64,000 bases of DNA from Antedon mediterranea (GCF_964355755.1 NC_092670.1:26646795-26710794), one strand, 5' to 3'. Shown: positions 38,725 through 52,950, counted from the stretch's first letter. Notes: a model not told the origin generated them from the sequence alone. Numbers and translations are program-made.

Positions 38725-40309
38725 GCTTTAAACAAATGGGGTTACTTTTCAGCCTGCGGTACTATAATAAAATCAACATAGGCATGTTATTACACAAATT
38801 TGTAGTGAATTGCCCATTGGATAGTGTACGATTTTTAAAACTTGACGTGCACGTGTGTTGTTATTTCGCATTTCAATTTCATGAAAATTAAAATTTATCA
38901 CAAAAAGTATGAAGAAACCAGTAACAAAAACTGTCTTTCTACATTAGTTATGTGCGTTGCACAAAACATTGTATGCTCAAAATGATTTTCAATTTATAAA
39001 CACCTGTGCACGCATAATTTCTTGATGAACATTTTTACATATAGAAAGTTCACTCTTATTAAGTTTTAATAAACAAGAAATATTTCTTACAAAAAACGCT
39101 GCTCACTTATTGAAAAATATTTTTTATTTCAAATGTTTTTGAATGTGTCATTTTATTGTCACATAATAGTTATTTTACCTGAAAAAAATGTAATTTAAAG
39201 CAACAAATACTTAAATTGTCTGTCAGACAATGGTTTTTGGGTTTCTTTTCTTTTTTTATATGTGAATAAATATTATTTTTTTGTTACACTTTACAGAAGT
39301 GAATACTCAATTTCTGTCACTTTAGTTAATTTTATTGCTAAGGTCAAATCTGGGGGTCACTTCATCACCCTAGATATTTCAATTGTGAAGTATCCTATTA
39401 CAAACACAAACTTTAATCGGACTGTTTCGATAATAATTCAATGAATATCTGACAGTGAATATACCAGAAATGCTTAGGGATTTGTAATTTTAGCATGACA
39501 TGTCCTAATAGACTCTTTCCCAGACGTTTTTTGGGTCTACTGTAGCAGCTGGAATCAATAAATCATAGTGGAGTTTCCATTTTCACAAAACTGTCTGTCC
39601 TTAGAACTATAACTGCTGCTTGCTTTAGCTTCTGATTGAGTAGTCCTAATGGGACGTAGCGGGCTAGAGCAGCAGCGTGAAAATGCCTTTTGGCTTTTAA
39701 ATTATGATCAATCATAGAATTTAATAAAATCCCTTGTAAATCACCCGCAACTCTGATCATTGAAAAATAGGAGGTTGTTACGACCAATTTTGGCCTAGCC
39801 CAAAATACCACAAGTAGGTTTGAAACAGAACGACATACACTAACTATGCAGTTGAAGCACAGGCTTGTTTTTATTCTCGTCATATGTTACAATAAACAAG
39901 AACATTCACAACAAAACAAATTATACCAATACTTGAATGGGAGGTACCCGTTCACAATTTGATCTTCATGTGTCTCATTATCGTTTCCCATCGCTACAGA
40001 TGCTCAATCCACGTGAATACAGTTCGCTATCATTTATTCTTAGTTCATTCAACTCCAGATATAAGGCATGACTCTTATCAGTTTCCCTTATCCTTGTTGC
40101 ACATCCAGCAAATAAATAATCCTGCATCAAACATGTCACCTTTTGCAACCCCTGCTGCAAAGCTGTCTGTAACCGATATATAAATATGCTTCACCCTCTG
40201 TCTTATGTGTTAATGCAGATAACCCAAACTCGTTGTGGTGATGATTTCAATTCTATTTATTTATTTATATTATTATTATTATATACTGTTTTCAAATGTC
40301 AATTTGCAG

Positions 40310-40447
40310 CTGTAAATAAAGTATTGAGTAACCAGTTGTCCCCAGTGGAAGGTGGTTTTAGTGGAGAACGAACTATTCAACGCTCAATCAGTGGGTCATA
40401 TGTTGAAACTAAACGGCGACAGAATAGTTCAACAAGAAACAGACCAC
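40310..40447 (+). CDS. NEK10: NEK10 coding exon
   Basis: cag|CT...CCAC|gtaag; VNKVLSNQLSPVEGGFSGERTIQRSISGSYVETKRRQNSSTRNRP resembles NEK10 KRSFSAS...SRPRP. Confidence 0.82.
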
Positions 40448-40742
40448 GTAAGTTCATTATCACAACCTTATCGTAAATATCTTCCAATGCAACCCCTGAA
40501 TAATGGGTTGTATATAATATTATAACACACCTGAGTATATTACTATCTTCCATTAAACCTTCCGTCATACAATTTTGTTATACGCAAAGTGCAATTTCTA
40601 TCTATCAACACTTGATGTGTAAGCCTGTCGTGGTTGGTGTAGCTGACTTTAGAGGATTTTCAGTTTCAGCGGCTAGAAACAATTCAAATAAAGTATAGTT
40701 TGGGAATTTTTCTTGCATAGCTGGAAGCGACAAATTATTTAA

Positions 40743-42629
40743 AATGGACCTGAAATGGATTTTCAATTTGCGCGTATCCATATATTTCTGTTTGTGTGTA
40801 CTGTATTTTGTGTATCGTCGTCCGTAATTTATACTTCTAAATATATATTATAATAATAATATATAATATAGCAGAATTAGAGAATAATACTGTATTATTC
40901 AAATAATAAATGTGTACAAATGCCATTATTTGTACCATTAAACACATAAAACATTCATTATTTGTTTTATATAAAATCTAAATATATTCCTGTCATTTAA
41001 TCAGATTGATTGAATCACAATATAAAAGATAGGCCTACAATTGATTCACATTGAACTTTTTTAACATACTTTACATTGCAAAACAATTATAACGTTTGGT
41101 TTTTAAAAATAATATATTAAATGTTATATTATTTTGGATTTTATAATCACACCTACTGCAGTGTTAATAATGTCAACAAACTCCCAAACAATCCTAGGCC
41201 TAGCTAGGCTAATAAAGCGCCTAGGCCTAGCTAGGCCTAGAAAGGCAGTGTTACCATTGCAAAACTTCGCCAGGAAATTGAAACTGTTCTAGGCTAATGT
41301 GTTTTCCAACGATTCCACGTCTTGTAGAGTTGTCCCCATTAATTTTTCAAAATCATACAAACGATCTAAAGCTAATTTAAATGCTTTTTTGGACTAAATT
41401 AGTATGTATATCTTTCCAAAAATTGTGTCAATGTTTGTTATTAGGGACTTTACGAAACACGGGAATCCACAGGACGGTTCTCATGAATATTTTATGCATG
41501 CGCTTTAACAAAGTGGGCTGAGCTTAGCGTGAAATTCCATCACCTTAACTTTTTGAGGACGATAAAGTTGCCATTTTCCCATTTATGGAGAACGACTAGG
41601 CCTAGAAATATTTAAACTTCTAATTTAATCGTTTAATGCAATACATTCTGCGCAGCATTTGAATGCAAGGCTCCTAGCTAGAGCCAAGCAATTCAGAAGG
41701 GCCCCACGCCGCGAGACAGGAGAGGGAAAGAGATACTGTCGGTCGTCTTCGTAACTAATAAAACGGATATGTTGACTGTGCATGCGGTGTATGTATATGT
41801 TTTATGTACCACAAAAGTGAAAAGGGTTCAGGTTTTTGGCTAGATTCAGTTAAAATTATGCTAGATTTTTTCAAAAATATGCAAAAAAAATGCTAGATCG
41901 TGGTAAATATGCTTCAGAATTGGATTTTTCAGATAATATGCTAGATTTTCTAAAATTATGCCTAGCATAAATGCTAGATGGGTCAAAATTATGCTTGATA
42001 GCATAATTATGCTAGATTTGGCCACTTGGGTTATTGTTAGCAAAAAAGGCGACGCTGTTGTATTTTACGTTCAGAATCACAGTAATGTTTGTAAATTTTT
42101 TGTTTGTTCAATAGTGCATACTATTGCATGCCATGTGTCCCACAATCGTCTAATCAAATGTCAGGATTTTTTTAGGTGTTATAAAAGATGATAATTTGTT
42201 TGTCATGAATTGGGCAGTTTGAAAACGAATTTGATTCATATTTTACTGTGATATCGCTTTGCATTTGGCTGCGCATGAAACGGAGCCTTGCATGGGTGGT
42301 GGATCGTCGGCCGGATCAATTCCGCCGGAGCCTATGCCTTGTAAAGGTTACTTCTAAATTGAGGTTTTAGAGCAAAAGTACATCTAATTCGCGGCCTCCA
42401 ACACACTCGTGTATGTGACTTTGTGAATAAAGATGCTCCCAATGGCCGTTGAAATAGAATATTTTAATGGCAGGAGTATTTTTTGATAATTTACCAAGGT
42501 ATCTTAGAATTTCGTTTTTTCTCAAAATACTGTACATTTTGTTTTTATTTGTGTCGGCTTGTTTTAATTTTATACATTTAAATAACATGTGTGAATTTCT
42601 TAAAAATCTAAATCCATTTCAGGTCCATT
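40743..42629. mobile_element. Non-autonomous DNA transposon with TTAA TSD (Kolobok/piggyBac-type)
   Basis: ttaa|aatggacctgaaatggatt ... aatccatttcaggtccatt|ttaa; a solo end of the same family at about 32588-32612; internal aaattatgctagat repeats at 41850-42022. Confidence 0.78.
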
Positions 42630-42759
42630 TTAATGCTTTTTGATACAATACTTTGATACTCACCGATTTCTATAAAGCTGTTGACCCACAACCATCCAAT
42701 CAAATGACAAAAATCTATTTAGCAATAACATACTTTATACCTCAATTTAATTTCAACAG

Positions 42760-43095
42760 CATCAGCGGCAGCCACCTTATCTATCTCTCCTCGTAAAGTT
42801 CGCCAGATCAAAGACCCAATATTGGAAATGCTTCACATGATTCATAAAATTATTTTCATATGTCAACTGCCTCCAACACTCACTTACAACCCAAGGCGCC
42901 GTGTTATCGAGTGTTTCAAGAGAGCACTATTTTCCCCACAAAGTAGCTCAGTCAATCTTAAGAATGAACTCAAGAAAGTGATAACGGGGAGTAAAGACTT
43001 GGTGGATTTGAACTTTGGATTAGGCGAGGCATCATATCTATTTAATCAGGCTAGTCATGAACAGGCCTCTTTGCAGGTAACTGGCGAAAAACCAG
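42760..43095 (+). CDS. NEK10: NEK10 coding exon (conserved C-terminal domain)
   Basis: cag|CA...CCAG|gtaaa; SAAATLSISPRKVRQIKDPILEMLHMIHKIIFICQLPPTLTYNPRRRVIECFKRALFSPQSSSVNLKNELKK. Confidence 0.95.
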
Positions 43096-44104
43096 GTAAA
43101 TTATTTTGCACAATTTTGCTTCTAATATTCTGTAAAATGTTCGATACAAGTAATTGATGCTTCCATGTCCTTACAATGGATGAATTCAATTGTCCATTTT
43201 GTCAATAATTTTGTCTTCGAAAGATTTAATTTTATTTGAAGTTACATTGTCAAAGCGCTAAGTTCACAATTTTTGAGTGATAGATTACTCTCGAGCACAA
43301 TATTGGTGTAATCTGGTTACCATTGACCAGTCACTTTTCAAAAGATGCCTTTTGTCATTGTCATACAAATGGATGACTGCTATTATAAATAGGTTTTGGT
43401 AGGAATGATAGTGGTCAATGCAGTGTTCCTGTGGAAGAACTTTGGGAGGTGCTTATACAAATAGAGAAAACAAATTTCTTGCAAGGGACTACAAATTTAA
43501 AGAGTGTATATTTTATTAAGTTGAGTTATGTTTTATCATCATCACCCTACAGTGTTCATACATCACTATTAACAGGGCTGAAAGACATAAATATAATATA
43601 ATACACAGGCAAAAATCTACATTAGCAAAAATACAAAATTTAGATATTAGTGATATTTGACAATTTCTTTTGATGGAAACATACAAACGAATAAAAAAAA
43701 TATCAACAGAACCATCAACTTTACACAGTGAGTAACGTTTATATGGCAGACGATTAACAAAACCATTTTTAGTAATATTTACCCTCCCCCTTGATATAGA
43801 AAATTAAGCTGGAACAGAAATTTGAATACCATGACAAATTTAGTTCAAATCATTTACACCTATCTGCTAAATTAATGAGAATGACTTATAATAAATAATA
43901 AAACCGAGTAAAATCGACAAAACTTATGAACACGTTGTAATGTCGCATACAGTAATACTGTAGTTATTGAGTTTGACCAAAAATTAGATTTAACTATTTA
44001 AAAAAGCCTAATTATATTCAATGGGTTTTCGGTTGGTTTTTGTTGTTTTATGTTAGCAAAATCATTGTTCAAGTTTTAATGACATTTAATTTTTGATTTT
44101 TCAG

Positions 44105-44313
44105 CATACAGTACAACGGATCTTCATGACCCAGAAATTGGTATAACATATGAACAACTTTACACATTTATAGAAAGTGTTTTAAAGGAATGTGGTTATT
44201 ACAACATGTCACCAAATGCTAGAAATCGAACTATACCTCTTGCTCCTATAACAGGTTCGGCACCGAGGTTCTTAAAACAAGCTTCACTTGAAGCATCAGT
44301 GTTGGAAATGTAA
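44105..44313 (+). CDS. NEK10: NEK10 terminal coding exon
   Basis: cag|CA TAC; DPEIGITYEQLYTFIESVLKECGYYNM...SVLEM* (TAA 44311-44313); resembles NEK10 GITYEQMQTVIEEVLEESGYY. Confidence 0.93.
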
Positions 44314-44319
44314 GCCTAT

Positions 44320-44632
44320 ATAGATTGTTTTCAGTGATGTCATATTTTTCCCACAGTACTTAGTAAGCTGCCATCTTGGTGGAAAACATTTGGCTTTGCG
44401 AAAGCCTTTTGTGTTTTGTGTTTATAGCTGTCGTCTATATAATATAACTCGCTTTCTCTCTAAACATTTTAAAAAGTAATCGCTCACCGTAAATGCTAGG
44501 CCAAGGTTATAATGTCCCGCCGGCTTTGACACCCTTATTCTCTCTGGTCACGCGTCATATACCTTTTTATATTTCAATCTGTTTTCATCCCACCAAAATG
44601 GCGTATGTGATGCCATGTGCAAAACAATCTAT
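44320..44632. mobile_element. MITE at the start of the NEK10 3' UTR
   Basis: TIRs atagattgtttt / aaaacaatctat with internal gccatcttggtgg / ccaccaaaatggc. Confidence 0.68.
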
Positions 44633-44819
44633 TGTGGCAAAGAGTGCTTAATTCTGCTTGCTTATTTATAGGGTGTACCTACTGTATAAACTAATCTAAA
44701 TGTATGAATAACACAGTTGACAAATTCAATGATTTAAATTTTTATATGAAATAACCGAGTGTTTTAACCTCAGTATTTAATCTTAGTGTCAGGATTTTTA
44801 AAAATGTTACTGGATTACA

Positions 44820-44847
44820 TGGTTGGTTGGTTGGTTGGTTGGTTGGT
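44820..44847. repeat. (GGTT)n microsatellite
   Basis: tggttggttggttggttggttggttggt. Confidence 0.9.
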
Positions 44848-47800
44848 GGAGTATTATACTGTTGGCTGTACATATAGATATGTGTACCAAAAGAATTGGA
44901 TTTATCCTTTTTTTATCCTATTGTAGCATATCGACAACTGCTGTTATTTAGAGTAATAGAAATGTTTGTGAATCAGAAAAGAACAACCAATTATTACAAC
45001 TTGAACCATTGAAAACATAATACCAAAGCAACTGTAGTTACCTACAAAGTACAGTATAAAGCTAGAAAATGTTCATACAGTCATATTTTTTATTGTGGAA
45101 ATCTAAATAAATGAGGTTGATCCTTAAAAGTTGCCAGAAGCCAGTCTGCCTGAAAATTGTGAAAGCTTCTTGATGCTGCAACTTAGACTAGGACATGTTT
45201 TGCAGATATCTTAATATAGATTTAAAGGCCGGTTTATGATAATGAACGATGATAAATAGATAGATCGAACTAAAACTATAGAATTTATACTGTAGTCAAT
45301 GAAAAAATTTAATAAACTGATGTCATGGCCAGTAATGAATAATAAAATCGCTATGCTACAACGATTTTGTTCTTACTGTTGATGAGGGATATTAAACTGA
45401 CAAATTTTGACATTAAAACACTTTTTCATCTCAGTGTAATATAAACTTATTCCAAATAAGCTAAAAGGATAATTTTTCCCGTCTCCAAAATTGTATTACA
45501 TATTTAATGTGCACAGTTCCTTGAAAGCTATATGCAAATATAAAACACCTTGAAAAATACATTATACCCTCATACATCGTTAAATCAGTATTTAGAAAAA
45601 GAACCAGTCTTTTGCATTGTTATACAGTTATTAAGTTGGGTTCAGATTGATAATCACTTAGTTTTTTATTACAAAATTGCAACATAACATAATGCTGTGT
45701 GTCTTTAATATGCTGTATTTAGTTATAGTAGTAGAGGTGGCTTGTTTGCCTTTATTTGTATGACCAATGCTATTTTGGATAAGTAAAATATTTAATTTTG
45801 TGCCTTAATATTTTTGGTATGTATATTTAAACTGCATGTTCATGGGATATAACTTACACTGTATCAGCATTCCATTATTTATTTTTTATCTCTGGTATTT
45901 TTCCCAAATAGTTTTATTATCCTGTGAATTGTTTTTTAAATCTGTATAAATAAAATGTGATAAACAGTACTAAATATTATACTAGGGTTCATTATCATAT
46001 GAAATTAGTATGTACCACTACTATCCATCCAAAATTAAGTGCCAATGAACATTTTAATTATGTGATTAACATAATTGTTACATGCATCTTGTATTCATTA
46101 TGATTCGGTTATGTACTGTAAGTGTAAATCTTAAACCTGTGTGTAAATAGTATGTATCTGGTCAGATGTTTTGCCCTACTCTGACGCCAAGCTTTTTCCA
46201 CAGTATGTATACAATTATCCTTTTGCTATGCAAGATTTTTTACTGATTTGCGTTTGAAAATCAAGCTGTAGTGCGTGCCATCTATAACTACTTCGCATCC
46301 AGAGTTGGAGCACTGCTTTTTTTTAATGGCCGAATTTCCAGGCCTAACCATTCGTCAGTGATTTAAAATGGATAAAATAAAATTTTATTTTAGAACAGTT
46401 AGGTTAGGAACGAATGTTTTAAATTTATTAAATGAAAATTGGCTGCTCTAATTATTTTATTGGAGCCGAGTTCATCCAACTCATAAACATTATTTGCATA
46501 ATGTATATAGGACTAAGAAACATGCCTAAATTAAATGTATGATCTTACATCACTATACGGTACTATAGCGTAAAGTACCATACATTTAATGAATATGTAT
46601 AATCTAACAATAGTATGATATTGTACTATAAATTGTAATTTGTGTTATATAACTTTGTAGTTATTATACAGTACAAATATAATACACAGTATTCTTATAG
46701 ATAGGTTTAAGCTAAAATATATTATATATATATAAACTACTTTAAATGAAATTATTTTTTAAAAGAGAGTTATATTTAAGATTAAAAGTTGTATTTGCAT
46801 CTCCAGATAAAGTATTAAATTATTAGACTTGAATAAAATTGATGCAAATACTGTATGTATTAGTCAGTGAAGCCGACAACACCTTGAATTCAACCGGCAA
46901 GTGGTAGAGCCACTACTTCATATTTAGAATTTAGTATTTGTGGTGTTTATTGGTTTTGTCTTTATGTACTTAAGTCAGCTATACAAATTCTAGGAAACAG
47001 TTAAAATTATGGTCCGTCAAAATATTATTTTTAATACTATTATTTACCTTTGAGTTCCGTCCAATGATTTTCTAGTTGTGGATATATGTTCATTTTAATT
47101 GATATACTTGAAACACTAAGGTCATAATTAATTTCATTTCATTTTTTTTAGTATTTACTTAAAATTTTATTTGGTGCATATATTTTTAGTTATCTACATA
47201 ATATATTAAATGCTTTTATTCTCAATGTACTTAGTATAAAGTACAAATTTTGTCAGCGTAGGGCAAACATCTTACCAATTTGATCTCTTTTGCGTGTGCT
47301 TACAATTGAGCATGATTGCTGTTTCTCTATATCACGCCAAGGATGTTAGCCCTGCCTACACAATCAAACTAATTTGTGATGTGCACAAATATGGTAGTGA
47401 TATGATGTCCTCATGTCCATATTGAGCACATCACATATTTTTTGTTACATAAAGTTTTGATAGTCTATACAAAGCTTTAAAGCGTGTAATGGTTAGGACA
47501 TCTGCATATCAAGCAGAATGTTCGAATCTTGGTTGGGGAAGCTTTTTCTCATTCTCACAGATTTCCTCTTTATTGTTTCAGATTAATTAATATAACTGTA
47601 CAAGTATTTGTACTGAGGAAGGTTTGTTTTGATTTATCTTTTTGCATCTTAATTGAGAGTAATTTGCCTTTAATTTATAGATAATGTTCCTCATACCAAA
47701 TTTGAACAATACCATGAAAGACACATAAGCAATAAGTTCTCAATTGTATGTATGCGTAACAGATATCAAATTGACACGAATTCTAAACCGCCCATACATA

Positions 47801-49049
47801 TAAATGTTTATAGGCCCAAAAGAAATCCTTAAATACACCTTGAGTTGTCAAAATACTGTCATTGATGAAAGATTCAACTTTGCAGTTCAATATTTAATAT
47901 ACAGTATAATTTTCATGAATGTATTTAATTTTAATATTTAAGTTTTCAAATGTATATGAGTCACCAAAACAGCTTTGCAGCAGGCAGTGATTCTAATCCG
48001 TCCAATTTATTTATAGAAGAACATATTAATTATATAACAGCTTAATTTGCAGTGATTTTATTACTAATCCGTCCAATATACTGTGCTGTGTTTTACCATA
48101 ATAAAGAATATTTCATTACATGGTGTTTAGTAATCAATTCTGTTTGTTTCTCGATGCAATTTGTGTACACTGAGAGTACCTGCCAATGGATGGTTCTCAA
48201 ATATTATAATGTAACTGAAAAAGTGATAGAATGTAACCATGTAGTCAAATCAAATTAATAGCAGCCAAAAAATGACTACTTTTATTGCTTTTTAATTACC
48301 CATTCAGAGTTATATGTACCAACAAAAATGTATTCATTTTAATTTATTCCAGACCCACCAGTGTACAAGATTGCCATAAAAATAATCTATACAATTTGAT
48401 TTACATTAAAACTGTACATTAAACAAAAACAAACTGATTTAGGCATAGGCCTATATATTATTTAAAATGACATTAAATGCTGAAATACTACAAATAAAAA
48501 ATTTGATGTTAGAAAACATTTGAACTAGATCATTGTAATACCTACACATGAGAATACTTAATTTTAAAGAAATGATTTATACAACATTTGCACACAGGAA
48601 CACAAACATAATTTATAAACACAATTAGTCAAATTTTAAAATTAGACATTTAAAAATAAAGAAAATTTCATTTAGTGTGTATAGTAGCCTAGTTCTTGGC
48701 AGAAATTAAATTTTGTACTTATGAATCCGTTTATTTGGGATATATTAAAATTATATAAATAGGTAAAAGTAGTAGCCTACACAATTTTCAGTATACATTT
48801 AAGCCTAGCCTATATAATTTAGAATTACATTTATTTTTTGTAAATAATGTCGCTAATAATAATACTAATAGGCCTTAGGCCTATATGTGTATGCATGGGG
48901 TACTGTGTACAGTTTGGCGTTTCATATATTCTCAGCAACTTGGTCAGGCAATATATAAATATATTGAAGTCCTGTAAATAAAAACAAAGAAATTAGAAAA
49001 AAAACAAAGATAATTAAGAATGCAATACTACATAGGCAGAGCTAGGTAG

Positions 49050-49210
49050 CGGAAAGCTAAATCAAAACGATAAAGTAAAACAGCCAGAAAAGTTAGCAGA
49101 GCTTTCGGGCAAGTGAGTGTACTTGGACAAAGCAGACTAGCGCTGCCTGAGTGAACTAGATTAAAAGAAATAAGAACAAAAGAGGCACGGGCTGGTGAAG
49201 AGTGGAGAGA
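49050..49210 (-). mobile_element. Second copy of the Penelope-like terminal fragment, hammerhead core deleted
   Basis: Reverse complement aligns to 30205-30405. Confidence 0.65.
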
Positions 49211-49566
49211 GTAATGGTAGAAAACAAAGAAGATAGCTTGGTAGATATAAACTATTTTTGAATAGAACTTTAAAAAAATAAATTCAAATATTCTTTATTC
49301 ATCATCAATCATGAAAATATACAACAATATATGAGAACATAAAATAAAGATGAAAAGGAAACACATAAAAACTCAAAAGAGCTTGATTAATTGTGTCCCC
49401 CTACGTCCCTAACTAGCCTAAAAACTAAAACATAAATAATAAAAAGAGCTAAATCCTGCAACAAGTATTATTTTAAAATTATTTGTAAAATGATAATAAA
49501 TGTTCTTTAAACAATGATTTAAATATATATATTGATTTGGTACTTTGTAGTTCTTCTATCTAGGCA

Positions 49567-50358
49567 TTAGTTCATCCATTGTTGAATGAAGCCCTCCTCA
49601 TAACATCTCCATTTCTGTCTAATTCTTGCTGTCCTAGTCCATGCAGCCGTTCCAATGTATGTTGTTAAATCATCTCTCCACCTTCTTTTTTGTCTTCCTC
49701 TTTTCCTCTTTCCTACCCTTGGTTGCCATTCTGTTAATCTGTATGTCCATCTATTATCTTGAAATCTCGCCACATGCCCAGCCCATCTCCATTTTGATTG
49801 TCTTACTTTCTCCATTATATCTGTAACACCTGTCTTTTTTCCTATGATTTACCCTATCTCGAAGCGATAAGTTCATCATCTTCCTTTCCATTGCTCTTTG
49901 AGTAGTTGTAAGTTTCTGTTCAAGTTTCTTTGTTATTGCCCATGTCTCTGAACCATATGTCATACTTGATAGCACACATTGGTTAAATAATTTCTTTCTC
50001 AGTGACATTGGTATACTTTTGTCAGTCAACATGTGTTTGTGTCTGCCAAAATTCATCCATCCTGCTTTTATTCTTAACAGAACTTCTTCCTTCATGGTGT
50101 CTTCCATTTTCAGTGTTTGTCCTAGATATTTATTTTCTTCCACTTTTTCTAGTTTCCGGCCCTCTATTTCAATGTCTTCCTGTGTGTCAAAGTTAGTCAT
50201 GTATTTTGTTTTGTCTTTGTGCATAGTTAGTCCGATTGATTTACTCTCCTTATTCAGACTTGAGAGTTGGTTTTTCATATCTGCAACTGATGTTGAAATC
50301 AATGCCACGTCATCCGCAAAAGGGAGGTCTGTAAGCATTTCTCCATCAATAGTTATAC
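49567..50358 (-). mobile_element. 5'-truncated RTE-clade LINE
   Basis: ITIDGEMLTDL.FADD, KYLGQ, TYGSETW, KWRWAGHVAR, RKRGRQKRRWRDDL. Confidence 0.9.
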
Positions 50359-52092
50359 TGTAATATAATGTTGCGTTGTTGAGGTACTAATGAAGGACTC
50401 GGACTCGCTTGACTGTCGTAACACATATATTGTTTATTCAGTATAATACTTCAGTACAATATACAACTATAAGTATAGATAAGGAACGCGGAGGATCAAT
50501 GATGCTGTCGGTGAGGTGTGAAGTGTGTTAGTCTGCTTCTGGAGAAGTGGCTGTAAGGTGTGTGCTCCGTGAGGTGGCTGTGAGGTGTGTCTGGGCCCTT
50601 CTGAAACTTGGGAGTATATTGGCTCAGTTCATTTGCATAATGTCATTACATCATCTGTGAGGGTAACGATTGGTCCTAAGTTGATCCAGGGGTGTTTAAG
50701 TGGGAGTGATTAACGGTATAATAAGGTATTTCTGTGATGGATGACACTGTCAAATCTGTACTTAAATAGTGTCGATCACTCCTGGTTTAACGATGGGAAA
50801 GTCACAAAATTAAGCTAAGTGTTTTCTTTAGGGATTCTATTATAAACTAAATGGTCATTAAAACATCTGGACAAACTCTCCTTTGGACTTTCTGGGTCAA
50901 GTTTGTGAACCTATTTAAATTCCGATACAGAGGTCGATTTCTTAAATATAACAGTATATCGTTATATTACATCCCTCTGTTTCCCTTTTTTTTTTCTAAT
51001 CTATTTAACATATAAAAATGGTTATAATAGTGGCATGCAAAATTTAAAGTTATATAAGAGAAAAAAACATTATTATACATATAAGCAAAAATTGAGTTAG
51101 CCAAAACCATTGACTCTGAAGTGTAACCTTATCACTTTCACTCTCTCTCTTCTCTCTCTTTAAAAAATTAAAATAAAAAATGAATTTGGTATAAAATTTG
51201 CGTAAATCAAACATAAATCAGTTAAAAATAAAAAATACAAAACTTAAAAATCCATTCTTCTTTGTCTTCATCCAATGGTAATAATTTGATAAAATGTCTG
51301 CTTGTCTCGATCTCATTCAAATATAATTTCAGCTTGTCTTTTGAGTCAAAGTAAATTTCTGGTTTTCTCCTTTCAAACAAATATGGTTATTTTTGTCTTC
51401 GTCTTCGTCTTCGTGTCTTGTTAAGTGTTTATTTCTTGTTTTCTCACTCTGTTCCTTATGAATTTCGGGTCTTCCACCATGTAATATAATGTTGCGTTGT
51501 TGAGGTACTAATGAAGGACTCTGACTCGCTTGACTGTCGTAACACATATATTGTTTATTCAGTATAATACTTCAGTACAATATACAACTATAAGTATAGA
51601 TAAGGAACGCGGAGGATCAATGATGCTGTCGGTGAGGTGTGAAGTGTGTTAGTCTGCTTCTGGAGAAGTGGCTGTAAGGTGTGTGCTCCGTGAGGTGGCT
51701 GTGAGGTGTGTCTGGGCCCTTCTGAAACTTGGGAGTATATTGGCTCAGTTCATTTGCATAATGTCATTACATCATCTGTGAGGGTAACGATTGGTCCTAA
51801 GTTGATCCAGGGGTGTTTAAGTGGGAGTGATTAACGGTATAATAAGGTATTTCTGTGATGGATGACACTGTCAAATCTGTACTTAAATAGTGTCGATCAC
51901 TCCTGGTTTAACGATGGGAAAGTCACAAAATTAAGCTAAGTGTTTTCTTTAGGGATTCTATTATAAACTAAATGGTCATTAAAACATCTGGACAAACTCT
52001 CCTTTGGACTTTCTGGGTCAAGTTTGTGAACCTATTTAAATTCCGATACAGAGGTCGATTTCTTAAATATAACAGTATATCGTTATATTACA
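50359..52092 (-). mobile_element. Young non-coding LTR retrotransposon (613-bp LTRs, 508-bp internal region)
   Basis: LTRs 50359-50971 and 51480-52092 (TG..CA); TSD atac; PBS-like TGGTGGAAGACC next to 51479; polypurine tract next to 50972. Confidence 0.95.
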
Positions 52093-52629
52093 ATACCTCC
52101 ATTGTCCACAATTTAGGTCCCACACATAGTAAAACTAGTAGAAGTACGATTACGTTTTCTGAGTCTCATTTTGTCTTTAGATCTTGTATTATAATTATGG
52201 TAAGAACCATTTTTAATAAAGAGCGATGAAAAACGCACGTCCTGATTAGTAGTAACATTATACATGAAAAGCCCAATTTGGTACCTATTGATATCCGCAA
52301 TTTTAAGAAGTTTAAATTTATAGAAACATTCAGTCATTGAATAATTAAACTTTGACCATGTTATAGCTCGTAATGCCCTTTTCTGGAGTTTAAATAACTC
52401 ATCTAGATAACTTGGAAATGTACTACACCATATTATGTTGCAATAATTTAATACTGGTTCAATGAGTGATTTGTATATTGTCCAGGGAGCATAGGTTGGT
52501 AAAAAATGTCTTACTTTATATAGTATGCCTACATATCAAGATATTTTCCTTAAATGGTGGTTAATATTGAGACTTAAATTTAGGTAGTCAATGAAATAAT
52601 TTTTTTTAAATAAGAGTTTTGTCGCTCCA

Positions 52630-52950
52630 TTTGACATCTATTTTAGTCTATTGCAATAACTCTGAAATTTGCAATCGAGTGACCAGCTGAATTAAAATGT
52701 TCGGCTACAGGTTGATCAAGCTTTAATGTTTTGATAGCTGATCTGTGTTGTCATTCTCATACGGTGCGTGTTTTTTGTTTCTCCAACGTACCACAAATAT
52801 TACAGTATAATATGAGATAAATGACGTTTTTGGTTAGACAATTAATTGATTGTCTTATCCGAAAAATGCGACCAGTTTGGTTACGCTTAAATTTTTCAGT
52901 AGAGTCAACCAATCAACAAGTTTTGCAGGATTTGCCGCAAAGGTGACTGC
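52630..52950 (-). mobile_element. Penelope (Neptune-like) GIY-YIG endonuclease remnant
   Basis: CGKSCKTC...INCLTKNVIYLI..C..YVGET..HRSAIK...PVAEHFN..GH. Confidence 0.82.

Larger units (their letters stand above)
49270..52600 (-). mobile_element. L2/Crack-like LINE 3' end split by RTE and LTR insertions
   Basis: 52100-52600 encodes YCNIIW..., FYKFKLLK..., GPKLW; continues at about 49480-49565 (EELQSTKSIYIFKSLFKEHLL*) followed by a 3' UTR. Confidence 0.68.

Noticed and set aside
43071-43082. Alternative NEK10 donor CAG|gtaac at 43076
   Set aside because: Phase 0 does not fit the phase-1 terminal exon acceptor at 44105
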